Positions 1 to 8,203 of a DNA stretch of 64,000 bases are shown here, piece by piece. Source of the DNA: a virus; the IMG/VR virus record IMGVR_UViG_3300047289_000086; one strand, written 5' to 3'. The notes beneath the pieces are model-generated. The model searched no databases and was not told the DNA's origin. It saw only the letters and a program-made list of their open reading frames with translations. Positions within the stretch are counted from its first letter, which is position 1. Every line of letters starts with the position of its first letter. Position numbers and translations under genes: made by a program.

Positions 1-79
1 AAATATGAATATCGAGCACTGTTTCCAGACGTAGCAGACTGGTCAGCAGTGCCAATGACAATTTTAACACACCCAATAC

Positions 80-1003
80 ATGAAACACAAACTGATCTCA
101 GCTAAAGTTATTGCCGATAGCGTATGCCCTAAAGGTGTACGTATGACTACTATGGAAATTGAGTACCCACGCTTTATCTTAGCTGAACTCAATACACATC
201 GTATGCTGTCAAAGAATAGCGCTAGTAGCCGTGCTATTCCTGTTAAAGCAATGCACGATTTTATTCGTGACAATCCTGCAACTCCTGTTAGTTGGGGCAA
301 AAATCAGCCTGGCATGAAAGCCAAAGAAGAGCTTACTGGTCCTGAGTCTAAAAATGCTATTTTTATTTGGAATCAAGCTAAAGAAGACGCACTACATTGG
401 GCAGACGCTTTAGCTCATAAATTAGCAGTTCACAAACAAATTGCTAACAGGATCACAGAGCCTTGGATGACTATGAAAACAGTTATTTCAGGCACTGAGT
501 GGACTAACTTTTTCCACTTACGTAATCACCCAGATGCACAGCCTGAGATTAAAGCACTTGCAGAAGCAATGACTGTGGCTTACACAACTCATCTACCAGT
601 ACCACTTAAACCAGGCGAATGGCATTTACCTTATATTACTACTGCAACTTATGTACCTACTGGTGAATTACAATATTTTGATGAAAACTTTAACAGACTT
701 GATCTTGAAGATGCTAAGATCATTAGTGCTAGTTGTTGCGCTCAAGTTAGTTATCGTAAAAACGATCCTGGCTTTACTAAAGCATTCAAGATTTGGGAAC
801 AACTTATCGAGAATGATCCTGTACACGCCAGTCCGATTGAGCATCAAGCTACCCCTATGGATGTTGATAGTATGTGTAGGTTTGAACCAGACACATGGCA
901 GCCAGGTGTTAGTCATGTCAGTGCTAATTCTGATTTATGGTCAGGCAACTTGCGTGGCTGGATTCAACATCGCAAACTTATTAGAAGTGAGGCAGTATGG
1001 TAG
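80..1003 (+). CDS. thyX: flavin-dependent thymidylate synthase ThyX
   Basis: 307 aa ORF with the ThyX signature THRMLSKNSASSRA (RHR..S....S.R type). Size fits. Confidence 0.9.
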   Translation: MKHKLISAKVIADSVCPKGVRMTTMEIEYPRFILAELNTHRMLSKNSASSRAIPVKAMHDFIRDNPATPVSWGKNQPGMKAKEELTGPESKNAIFIWNQAKEDALHWADALAHKLAVHKQIANRITEPWMTMKTVISGTEWTNFFHLRNHPDAQPEIKALAEAMTVAYTTHLPVPLKPGEWHLPYITTATYVPTGELQYFDENFNRLDLEDAKIISASCCAQVSYRKNDPGFTKAFKIWEQLIENDPVHASPIEHQATPMDVDSMCRFEPDTWQPGVSHVSANSDLWSGNLRGWIQHRKLIRSEAVW

Positions 1004-1179
1004 AATATCCAACATTTGAAGCGTGGTTTAATGAAATCGAAAACTACAGTTTTAGGTCAGAAAGATTCTTTCAACACTTAGATTTGCTTACAAACAAGTT
1101 AGATCGTAATGAGTTTATTACAAACTGGATGCGAGCAGCATTTGAGTCAGGACGTACCTACGAGGATAAATACTTATGA
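997..1179 (+). CDS. hypothetical protein
   Basis: 60 aa ORF. Its start overlaps the thyX stop and it is part of a chain of overlapping + strand ORFs. Confidence 0.5.
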   Translation: MVEYPTFEAWFNEIENYSFRSERFFQHLDLLTNKLDRNEFITNWMRAAFESGRTYEDKYL

Positions 1180-1364
1180 GTGGCTTTTCTAGCAAAAAAC
1201 AAATGGCTAACAATCGTTGGACTATAGACCTAATTGAAGACGGTGAAGATTTAATACTTCCACTTAGCGATGAAATATTGGAAAGCACTGGTTGGAAAAC
1301 TGGTGACGAACTGCTGTGGGAAACTAAAGCAGAGAATGTCTGGACATTAAGGAAAAAACCATGA
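1176..1364 (+). CDS. hypothetical protein, possible AbrB/SpoVT-like fold
   Basis: 62 aa. ATGA overlap with the upstream ORF. The segment ILPLSDEILESTGWKTGDELLWE resembles swapped-hairpin DNA binders (weak). Confidence 0.45.
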   Translation: MSGFSSKKQMANNRWTIDLIEDGEDLILPLSDEILESTGWKTGDELLWETKAENVWTLRKKP

Positions 1365-1735
1365 TTGTTGTACTCTACACAGAAGACCTCGAGCCTATAA
1401 TTCCAATAGATTTACCATTATGGTTATTAGACCGATTAGAACAAGAAGGAGCTGTCCGTGTAGCAGTAAGTAAGCCTATGGGATTTAAAGGACAAAGAAT
1501 TCCCGTTGGTATGCTAGGTAATGAAGATACGCCTACAGTTCGTATCCGTTACGAAAAATTACGATGGCATGACGGTACACTAAAAACACTTTTAGTTACC
1601 CCTGACGAAGAACTTGCGCTTACACTAACACCTGAATGGCTGCCTGGTCAACGCGCCCCTATTCAGCTTTACTTGAATACAGTACGCAAGATGCACGAAG
1701 AACTAATCAAACAAATCAGAAAAAATCAAGATTGA
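1361..1735 (+). CDS. hypothetical protein
   Basis: 124 aa ORF, start overlaps the previous stop. Confidence 0.55.
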   Translation: MIVVLYTEDLEPIIPIDLPLWLLDRLEQEGAVRVAVSKPMGFKGQRIPVGMLGNEDTPTVRIRYEKLRWHDGTLKTLLVTPDEELALTLTPEWLPGQRAPIQLYLNTVRKMHEELIKQIRKNQD

Positions 1736-1760
1736 CTTCTGTGTTAAATCAAAGTATAAT
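1732..1760 (+). promoter_or_regulatory. sigma70-type promoter
   Basis: TTGACT-N17-TATAAT, upstream of the AAGGAGA RBS and GTG 1786. Confidence 0.6.
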
Positions 1761-1785
1761 ATATTATTGATTTAAGGAGAAAGCC

Positions 1786-1986
1786 GTGTTTTATTGTTTG
1801 ATTTGCACCAATGACGTTAATCCTCAACGCTGGAGTTTAGGCAGGCATACCTGCTTGCCGTGTGGTGAGCGTGTAGCTAAACAGCACAAACACACTATTG
1901 TGCCTATGCCTAAATCAAACTATATTGTAGTTACTGATAAGTCCCTGCTTTTAAACTTAAACTCAAGCCACAAAGGTGGAAGATAA
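1786..1986 (+). CDS. C4 zinc-ribbon protein (TraR/DksA-like?)
   Basis: GTG start 6 nt after an AAGGAGA RBS. CLIC-N16-CLPC zinc-ribbon spacing. Confidence 0.5.
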   Translation: MFYCLICTNDVNPQRWSLGRHTCLPCGERVAKQHKHTIVPMPKSNYIVVTDKSLLLNLNSSHKGGR

Positions 1987-1987
1987 A

Positions 1988-2170
1988 ATGAATAATACTG
2001 CTAAAAGAATGCAAGAACTAATGGTTTTAGTCGATAAGTCGTTGTTGTTGACTGATAACGATAATGAAAGACTAATGTTAGCTTGTGCTATGATGCAACG
2101 AACTAATGAAATTTTTGAAGAAATCCTTGGAGAACAAGGTAGAAAATCAATGTATAAGGAGCTAGTATGA
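1988..2170 (+). CDS. hypothetical protein
   Basis: ATG at 1988 preceded by AAAGGTGGA. The GTG at 1976 given in the ORF track is less likely. Confidence 0.5.
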   Translation: MNNTAKRMQELMVLVDKSLLLTDNDNERLMLACAMMQRTNEIFEEILGEQGRKSMYKELV

Positions 2171-2400
2171 ATACTGATCGCGAATTTGTTAAATGGTTTT
2201 ATGAAGATGCTTATCCTGAACAAGGCAGCAACCGCCGTCAAGTATACTCTACAACTCAAAACTCACAGAACATCGATATTATTGACTACTGGATGCGAGA
2301 AGCTTTTAAAGCAGGTGCAGAAGCAGCAACACATGGCTACGAAGTTAATGCACTAGAACAATTTGAAGCATTTAATATAAACAGGAATTACCCACTATGA
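2167..2400 (+). CDS. hypothetical protein
   Basis: 77 aa, ATGA overlap with the upstream ORF. Confidence 0.5.
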   Translation: MNTDREFVKWFYEDAYPEQGSNRRQVYSTTQNSQNIDIIDYWMREAFKAGAEAATHGYEVNALEQFEAFNINRNYPL

Positions 2401-3083
2401 AAGTCGTAATCGGACCCTACCCCACATGGATTGGTCCATACCAAATTGCGGAAAAGCTTTGCTTTTGGGTTAAGCCTGAGCTTGATGAAATTGGCATGAA
2501 ACGTAAGCCCGACTGGGTTCATGATTTTGGTACTTGGCTTTCTTCAAACAAAGATGGAACAGACTCATGGCTTACTAAAGTGTGTCAGTGGGTTGAGAGC
2601 AAACGCCATCGTCAAATTTATGTTCGTATCGACAAGTTTGATACTTGGGGCATGGATCATACTCTTGCACACATTATTCTTCCAATGCTTAAGCAGCTTA
2701 AAGCAAGCAAGCATGGAGCACCAAACACAGATGATATAGACGTGCCTAAAGAATTGTGGAGCACTAATGCTGAACCTAAAGAAAATGAGCATGACACAGA
2801 TTCAAATCACTTTAAGCGTTGGGACTATATCCTAGACGAAATGATCTTTGCTTTTGAGTGCAAACGTGACGGCACTTGGCAAGATAAGTACTCTAGCGGA
2901 GACATTGATTGGACTTCAGAGCCTTGCGAGTGGGATGAGAACGGCAAGGCTAAAATGTTTACAATGGGTCATGGCCCAAAGCATACTTACAAGTGTGACT
3001 ATGAAGGTATGGAACTTGAGCAAAAACGTATTAGCAAAGGTTTTAAACTGTTTGGCAAGTATTATGAAAATTTATGGGATTAA
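2397..3083 (+). CDS. hypothetical protein
   Basis: 228 aa ORF, ATGA overlap with the upstream ORF. Confidence 0.6.
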   Translation: MKVVIGPYPTWIGPYQIAEKLCFWVKPELDEIGMKRKPDWVHDFGTWLSSNKDGTDSWLTKVCQWVESKRHRQIYVRIDKFDTWGMDHTLAHIILPMLKQLKASKHGAPNTDDIDVPKELWSTNAEPKENEHDTDSNHFKRWDYILDEMIFAFECKRDGTWQDKYSSGDIDWTSEPCEWDENGKAKMFTMGHGPKHTYKCDYEGMELEQKRISKGFKLFGKYYENLWD

Positions 3084-3086
3084 ACT

Positions 3087-3314
3087 ATGACTATTGAAAT
3101 AACGCTTATTATTTTAGGACTTGCTCTTGCAGCGTGTTATATTGTGCTTGAATACCAAAAGCTGGCTAAACCTCCATATCAAGAACCACTTAAACCCGAA
3201 CCAGACGATGGAGCATTAACTTCTAGTCAATTGGAACAAATCAAAGACAGCGTAGAGTCAACTGCAATCAATCCCAAAGCAGCTTGGCCTTTTCCTAGTG
3301 GGAGTAAACCATAA
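3087..3314 (+). CDS. small membrane protein
   Basis: 75 aa. N-terminal hydrophobic helix ITLIILGLALAACYIVL. Confidence 0.5.
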   Translation: MTIEITLIILGLALAACYIVLEYQKLAKPPYQEPLKPEPDDGALTSSQLEQIKDSVESTAINPKAAWPFPSGSKP

Positions 3315-3478
3315 TGGCTAAACCTGATCCTAACAAACCAATTACACATATTAATCCGCCTACTACAGTACCTACTCGTGTAATGCCTCACAAACCTGGT
3401 TATGCAGATACTATTGTAGTACCAGAAACTGAAGCAAATCCTGATAAACCCAAGAAGCCTAAAAAGCCTCGCAAATAA
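3314..3478 (+). CDS. hypothetical Pro/Lys-rich protein (54 aa, below the ORF-track cutoff)
   Basis: Hand translation MAKPDPNKPITHINPP...KPKKPKKPRK. TAATG overlap with the previous stop. Followed directly by a terminator. Confidence 0.4.
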   Translation: MAKPDPNKPITHINPPTTVPTRVMPHKPGYADTIVVPETEANPDKPKKPKKPRK

Positions 3479-3482
3479 CCCC

Positions 3483-3529
3483 AAGGGGACTTAAGCTAAA
3501 AATTATTGGCTTGAGTCCCCTTTTATTTT
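3483..3529 (+). terminator. intrinsic terminator
   Basis: AAGGGGACT ... AGTCCCCTT stem followed by TTTTATTTT. Confidence 0.7.
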
Positions 3530-3539
3530 GTGTTATAAT
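3511..3539 (+). promoter_or_regulatory. sigma70-type promoter overlapping the terminator
   Basis: TTGAGT-N17-TATAAT. Confidence 0.55.
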
Positions 3540-3560
3540 TGTTTATTAAAAAGGATAATT

Positions 3561-3752
3561 ATGAAAATAACTATTGAAGACAGATTGCTTGCCGCTTATA
3601 CTGCTCAAAAGCTACGGCTTAGGGACAGGGAAGACGAAGATTATCGTGCCCGTGTAGAAGCAAAAGTATTTGAAAAGATTATTGTTGACCGAGTTCGTCG
3701 TAATTTACGACTAGACTTGGACAAAGGTACTAACGTAGATTTGGATGTGTAA
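3561..3752 (+). CDS. hypothetical protein
   Basis: ATG at 3561 after AAAAGGA. Lies downstream of the promoter at 3511-3539. Confidence 0.5.
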   Translation: MKITIEDRLLAAYTAQKLRLRDREDEDYRARVEAKVFEKIIVDRVRRNLRLDLDKGTNVDLDV

Positions 3753-3753
3753 C

Positions 3754-3969
3754 ATGAATAATAAATTTAGTTATTTAGCTGAAAAAGCTGGATTAAACAT
3801 GCACAACGATCCTATTGATGGACATGATTTTAGTCATGAGCTAGAGAAATTTGCAGAATTAATTGTACAAGAATGTGCTCACTTAGTCGACACTCTTAAC
3901 GAAGCATATGGAGCTCCTAGTACTGCGGGAAAATTTATTAAAGAACATTTTGGAGTTAAAAATGATTGA
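3754..3969 (+). CDS. hypothetical protein
   Basis: ORF in the track. ATG 3754 lies just after the previous stop; 3745 is an alternative start. Confidence 0.45.
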   Translation: MNNKFSYLAEKAGLNMHNDPIDGHDFSHELEKFAELIVQECAHLVDTLNEAYGAPSTAGKFIKEHFGVKND

Positions 3970-4198
3970 ATTAGCAGAAGACAACAGAGTAGAAATTCTA
4001 TTAGATTTAAGTGATCAAGAATTGCTTGTGCTTTTTAAAATGGCACATGAAAAAGACATGACGTTCAATGATTTTGTTGAACACGTACTAAGAGAATATT
4101 TGGAGCAAATAGAATATGATAACATACTCAACGAACTGGATGGGTCCAGTAAGCATGGGATGGTACAGAACACGTGGCCTTACCCAGACGCAGACTAA
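3962..4198 (+). CDS. hypothetical protein
   Basis: ATG at 3962 overlaps the previous stop. The C-terminal 83 nt overlap the next ORF, so the end is uncertain. Confidence 0.4.
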   Translation: MIELAEDNRVEILLDLSDQELLVLFKMAHEKDMTFNDFVEHVLREYLEQIEYDNILNELDGSSKHGMVQNTWPYPDAD

Positions 4199-4478
4199 AA
4201 CTGCTACTGAGAACTCAATGTTTACCACTGAAGGTGAACCTTATACATCAGAATCAATTACCACACATTACTCATGTGGCAGGATTGATGTACACAACGT
4301 TCCTGGTGAGCCTTATGGTGACGAGATTAATGTACCACCAATGCTCTCAACAGACTGGGCATTGTTTGGAAACTGGCTAGATACTGTTAAAACTCTAAGC
4401 GTCTGGACTTTAGCAGACTTAGTAACAGCATACGAACAACACAATCCGCCCATAACGTGGGATACTTATGACGGATAA
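4116..4478 (+). CDS. hypothetical phage protein
   Basis: 120 aa ORF with ordinary, non-repetitive amino-acid composition. N-terminus MITYSTNWMGPVSMGW. Confidence 0.5.
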   Translation: MITYSTNWMGPVSMGWYRTRGLTQTQTKTATENSMFTTEGEPYTSESITTHYSCGRIDVHNVPGEPYGDEINVPPMLSTDWALFGNWLDTVKTLSVWTLADLVTAYEQHNPPITWDTYDG

Positions 4479-4701
4479 TTGGGCTGAAGAGGCTAGACTC
4501 AAAGTACTAGCTTTAGCTCTTAAAGACATAAAAGCGGGCAAAGACTTAAACACGGTTTTAGAATCAATGTCAAAAGCATTGACTAAAAAGCTAATGCACC
4601 CGCTTTTAGTAAAACTAAAGAGTCCTCAACCAGAGTTTGATGTTGAAACGCATAGAACAAACTATAACGCTGCACTAAACAAACCCGCACTAAAGAAATA
4701 A
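4468..4701 (+). CDS. hypothetical protein
   Basis: 77 aa ORF overlapping the previous stop. Confidence 0.5.
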   Translation: MTDNWAEEARLKVLALALKDIKAGKDLNTVLESMSKALTKKLMHPLLVKLKSPQPEFDVETHRTNYNAALNKPALKK

Positions 4702-4702
4702 T

Positions 4703-4909
4703 ATGACTGAACAAATATTTACATTTAACCAAACAGAAATTCGAGAAATACACGAGTTTGCTCTAAAGTACCCTGACTCTATGTGTGTAGAAGTTACTAC
4801 CACAACTGGCTCAGGCATTGGACAACTTGTTGTAGCCAGCGTAGCCACTTATCTTAATGAAGATTGGGTTACTATTTCCAAAACTATTACAAACGAGAAA
4901 TCATGGTAA
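4703..4909 (+). CDS. hypothetical protein
   Basis: 68 aa ORF, 1 nt after the previous stop. Confidence 0.5.
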   Translation: MTEQIFTFNQTEIREIHEFALKYPDSMCVEVTTTTGSGIGQLVVASVATYLNEDWVTISKTITNEKSW

Positions 4910-5064
4910 AAATTATGCCTTGGATAACAGGTATTGCCTGTGCACTCTACATATACTCATGGACACAGGGTATCCAGTATGAGGCTTGGACTCCACTAAT
5001 CTGGTGTCTAGGATGCTTTGCTAACGACATACACAACTACTTACAGCACAGATATGAACATTGA
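4903..5064 (+). CDS. small membrane protein
   Basis: Internal ATG at 4903 overlaps the previous stop. Hydrophobic segment PWITGIACALYIY. Confidence 0.45.
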   Translation: MVKIMPWITGIACALYIYSWTQGIQYEAWTPLIWCLGCFANDIHNYLQHRYEH

Positions 5065-5284
5065 ACTGTTACTAAAACAATCTCAGAAAACCGCAGGTGA
5101 AATAGATATTTTACAGTACACAAATTTAATACTGCTAGAGGCTTGTAGGCTTATTAAAGATACACCTACTACCTCAGCGTTTACTACTTTTGATCAGGCA
5201 GTAGCAGAAACACAACGTGCAGACTGCTTCCGTTCAGTGTACGACCAAATTGTAAGGAACATAGATGAACTTGCCACCAAATAA
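5054..5284 (+). CDS. hypothetical protein
   Basis: ATG 5054 overlaps the previous stop. Confidence 0.45.
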   Translation: MNIELLLKQSQKTAGEIDILQYTNLILLEACRLIKDTPTTSAFTTFDQAVAETQRADCFRSVYDQIVRNIDELATK

Positions 5285-5633
5285 ATTTCACTTACCATCA
5301 TACGCACAACTAAAGTCTCCTACTCAAGAAGTACAAGAAGCCGAGATTGAAAAGCCTAACCTGCCTCCTACCTCACTCCGTCAAGCACAAACTAACTGGT
5401 TGTTGGACAAACTGCAAGAAGAAGCGGCTGAGATAATTCAAGCGGTAAGCAAAATCCGTAGGTTTGGTGAAAACGCAAATCACCCTGACCGCACAACTAC
5501 CAACAAACAAGAACTCGTCAACGAACTTGAAGATTTTCTTGCAATTCTCGCGGCTCTTGAATATACTAAGTACTTGGATTTGGTTCCACATCAACAAAAC
5601 ATACTAAACAAAACGCATAAACTAATGCTCTGA
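5265..5633 (+). CDS. MazG-like all-alpha NTP pyrophosphohydrolase (tentative)
   Basis: LQEEAAEIIQAV...ELVNELEDFLAILAALE matches the EExxE / ExxD helix pattern of the MazG family. Its stop codon lies inside a TGACCCTAA motif. Confidence 0.5.
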   Translation: MNLPPNKFHLPSYAQLKSPTQEVQEAEIEKPNLPPTSLRQAQTNWLLDKLQEEAAEIIQAVSKIRRFGENANHPDRTTTNKQELVNELEDFLAILAALEYTKYLDLVPHQQNILNKTHKLML

Positions 5634-5689
5634 CCCTAAGCCATCACAACCATAAACATCACAAATTATGTCCTCACTTAAAATTGTAC

Positions 5690-5719
5690 TTGTTATTATG
5701 TTATCGAATGTGCTATAAT
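5690..5719 (+). promoter_or_regulatory. sigma70-type promoter with extended -10
   Basis: TTGTTA-N18-(TGc)TATAAT, about 190 nt upstream of ATG 5909. Confidence 0.5.
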
Positions 5720-5908
5720 TTAGTATAACTTAAAGAGTTAGAGACTAGGTTGATTTTAAGAATTGATCTAAATTATCGAAACCACGTAATGACGAGCCCA
5801 GCCGAGGAAATCTAGTGAGGTTTGATACAATTTAGGGTCAAGTCCATAAAATCTAAAACTAGTCTCCTTGCTTATCGACTCGAACCATATTTGAAATCAA
5901 ATTATAAA

Positions 5909-6691
5909 ATGCTTTTTAAAAAACAAGAAATACACTCCATTGATTTTACGGGAACTGAACACCTTAATTTGGAAGGTTGGGAAACTTGGTGTGAACAAAT
6001 GCAATTGTCCCACCTTTCTAGCTGGTTGCTGCCCCAATTGGTTGCGTGGTATGGATCGTGGACTTTAGTTTTAGATGACAAGAGCAATTACGATTGCTTA
6101 GCTACAGTTAAATTAAACTGCTCTGACCCTAAGTCTAGGGCATTTTATATGTTGTCACGAGTTAAACGAAGTCTACTAGTTGCACAACAAACTAAAACTC
6201 CTGATTACGCAAGCTTAACTCCACTTATTTTAATGGGGCTAAAACGTATGCAAGGTATTAACTATGAAACCTTTAGGAACTCTAGTGGCTTACAATATAT
6301 ACTAGAACCCAGACTACTAGATGCCCTTGTACTAAGTTCCGAGGATTTGGAAGTGTGTGGCGGTTTAGGGTCAAACAGACTACTAGAAATACAAAAGCAG
6401 GGATTAACTACTAAGTCGGGTAAAACAGCAGGCAGCATAAAACCTGCTAGATCTACTTGGAGCTTGTCAGGAATACAGGATACTGAGATTGCACACTTGC
6501 CCAAACTAACACAAACTATATTAACACAATGTTGGTTAGCTCATCCTGAGCTACGCACACCTTATATGATCTTAGACTTACAAGACTGGGATAGGATGCC
6601 ACAACCACTAGTTACAAACGACATTTTTAAAGCAGTACAAACACAACAACCTAAACAAGAACTGGCAGGAGTACTGCCTTGGGACCTATGA
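5909..6691 (+). CDS. hypothetical protein
   Basis: Long ORF. First ATG is at 5909; the track uses TTG 5822. No clear RBS. Contains two TGACCCTAA copies in opposite orientation. Confidence 0.55.
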   Translation: MLFKKQEIHSIDFTGTEHLNLEGWETWCEQMQLSHLSSWLLPQLVAWYGSWTLVLDDKSNYDCLATVKLNCSDPKSRAFYMLSRVKRSLLVAQQTKTPDYASLTPLILMGLKRMQGINYETFRNSSGLQYILEPRLLDALVLSSEDLEVCGGLGSNRLLEIQKQGLTTKSGKTAGSIKPARSTWSLSGIQDTEIAHLPKLTQTILTQCWLAHPELRTPYMILDLQDWDRMPQPLVTNDIFKAVQTQQPKQELAGVLPWDL

Positions 6692-7041
6692 AATATACCA
6701 AAGAAATAACAGACAAATTGATCGCAGACTACAAAGCAGGAATTGCTGTCCAGCAGATATCAGCAGATTTAAACGTACCAGAACGTTCAGTGATAGCTAA
6801 ATTAAGCTCTCTGGGCGTGTACGTCAAAAAGAGCTATGTCAACAAGCGTGGTGAGACGCCAGTAAAAAAATCGGAGCACATCGAGCGCATTGCAGAACTA
6901 CTGGACGTGGATGAAGAATTGCTAGAATCGCTGGAGAAGGTAAATAAAACGGTATTGAAGCTAATCGAGAACAAATTAGCCCAATCTGACCCTAAATTGC
7001 ACTATACGCGACAAACTGACCACTTATTTGCAGATGTTTGA
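6688..7041 (+). CDS. small HTH protein, paralog 1 of 4
   Basis: ATGA overlap with the upstream ORF. Shares DYKAG..V..IA..L....RSVIAKLS..GVY.KK.Y..K.GE.PVKK with ORFs 8435, 9389 and 13411. Confidence 0.65.
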   Translation: MKYTKEITDKLIADYKAGIAVQQISADLNVPERSVIAKLSSLGVYVKKSYVNKRGETPVKKSEHIERIAELLDVDEELLESLEKVNKTVLKLIENKLAQSDPKLHYTRQTDHLFADV

Positions 7042-7073
7042 CCCTAAACTGCGTTAATTTGCCCTAAGAACAC

Positions 7074-7110
7074 AAAAGCCTACTTAATTTGCGTTAAGTA
7101 GGCTTTTTTA
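7074..7110. terminator. bidirectional intrinsic terminator
   Basis: AAAAGCCTACTTAA / TTAAGTAGGCTTTT 14 bp stem, T6 on the + strand, A-run on the other side. Confidence 0.75.
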
Positions 7111-7192
7111 CGTCTATTCTAATCAGGTCTAAGCGGGCGTCTAATCGGGTAAGCTTGTTGCGGTTTAGGGTCAGACGCTGAAGAAAATGCAC

Positions 7193-7222
7193 TTGACAAA
7201 CAAGGTTTACCACTTGTATAAT
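7193..7222 (+). promoter_or_regulatory. cassette A promoter
   Basis: TTGACA-N18-TATAAT followed by GGCGCA. Near-identical to the promoter at 9027-9056. Confidence 0.65.
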
Positions 7223-7228
7223 GGCGCA

Positions 7229-7317
7229 GGACCTCGAAGATTTTGCACTTGCGTTTTGGCGCAGTAAATTGCGGGCAAAACAAAAGCCCCTACATCTTGC
7301 GGACGTAGGGGCTTTTG
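7229..7317 (+). ncRNA. candidate ~90 nt sRNA (cassette A)
   Basis: Runs from the promoter at 7193-7222 to the terminator at 7283-7317. No ORF. Homologous to the 9063-9130 segment (TTTTGCAC..GGCGCAG..AAATT). Confidence 0.4.
7283..7317. terminator. bidirectional intrinsic terminator
   Basis: AAAAGCCCCTAC / GTAGGGGCTTTT stem. Tail TTTTG on the + strand and TTTTGTTTTG on the - strand. Confidence 0.75.
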
Positions 7318-8197
7318 AAAGCTTGACCAGTGCACTGGCGGTTATCTTTTTTAACTCTAGCAGGATTTTTAAGGGAATCACCACAACCTGACCCTAAACC
7401 GTAGCCTGTCGCTACATACGACCTCTGGGGATGAATCCATCGCGAAGTTGCCTAGGTGAGCTTTGCACGTTTCGGCTCTGTCAACCGCTACAAGAACTGC
7501 GAGCAGTGTTGTTGGGTATGCTGAGTATCCGTGACTAACTAGTTTAGATTTATGTGGTTCCGCACAACTGTTTTTTCAATTATTTTAACGACCCGCCACA
7601 GTTTAGGGTCAGCGCACCATTATTTAAGCACCCGTAGCTAGGTCTTGTGCATATTAAGAAAGTATGGCTGCCACCGTACTTAATCGCCAGAGAGATTCCA
7701 TACTCTCATTACAGTCACTAAAGTCTGCTCTTGGTTAGAAGATAGCTGTATTTATTTAAGGAGTTCTTTCTCCTAGAGGTTCCTACCTTGTTGTTACCTC
7801 AAAACCAGTTTCCAGTTTTTAACTAACTCATAGAGGAGTCGGCATGGGATATAGGCGGAACATGCTGCCTAGTACTACTACTTTCCTAACACCAGCAAGT
7901 GGTACACGCTAGGGGTTTCGTCCTGACCCTAAGGTACAGCAGGTTATGAGGTTTGAAGTCTCAATGACCTACTGTGAAGTCTTGGGTTTCGCTGAAATTT
8001 CATCAGCTCATCAGAGGATTATAAAAGGGCTGCAACTTAAGTCTTTCAGTCGCAATTAAAAACTTATCCAGTTACGTGTAGAGCTGGTCTTGGTTTACCC
8101 AATCTGTAGGGGGCTGTGGCTCGGACAATTATTCCCCACAATTAAGACGCATAGCAGATATATCCCGCTTCCGCTGTCACCCTTATTCATCAATTTA
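7283..8197 (-). ncRNA. candidate ~0.9 kb non-coding RNA
   Basis: No ORF of 60 aa or more in any frame over 7385-8392. The - strand promoter at 8204-8232 points into it and the terminator at 7283-7317 closes it. By hand count the core 7380-8160 is G+C-richer than the flanks. Confidence 0.4.
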
Positions 8198-8203
8198 TAA
8201 GTA

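Larger units (their letters stand above)
7161..7401. repeat. 14 bp perfect inverted repeats flanking cassette A
   Basis: CGGTTTAGGGTCAG (7161-7174) and CTGACCCTAAACCG (7388-7401). Confidence 0.85.
5631..7932. repeat. dispersed 9-mer TGACCCTAA, 10 exact copies
   Basis: Forward copies start at 5631, 6124, 6987, 7039, 7389 and 7924. Reverse copies (TTAGGGTCA) start at 5832, 6365, 7165 and 7603. Confidence 0.9.

Noticed and set aside
1-105. An open frame from the window edge to TAA at 103-105, overlapping the thyX start.
   Set aside because: Only 34 codons are visible, with no recognisable motif, so it cannot be supported as a feature.
7094-7384. 96 aa ORF on the - strand in the ORF track.
   Set aside because: It runs straight through a bidirectional terminator, a consensus + promoter and the inverted repeats. 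Its composition is Arg/Leu/Lys-rich and low-complexity, and it has no RBS. I treat it as spurious.
5631-7932. The CCCTAA core of the 9-mer as telomere-like repeats.
   Set aside because: The copies are single units, never tandem, and are embedded in a longer conserved context (TGACCCTAAAYYG). The resemblance to TTAGGG repeats is coincidental.
7380-8200. The ORF-free block as a tmRNA, group I/II intron or CRISPR array.
   Set aside because: There is no tRNA-like end pairing or tag ORF. A GUGCG 5' end with a domain V-like hairpin is not present at sensible spacing. There are no regularly spaced direct repeats and no cas genes.
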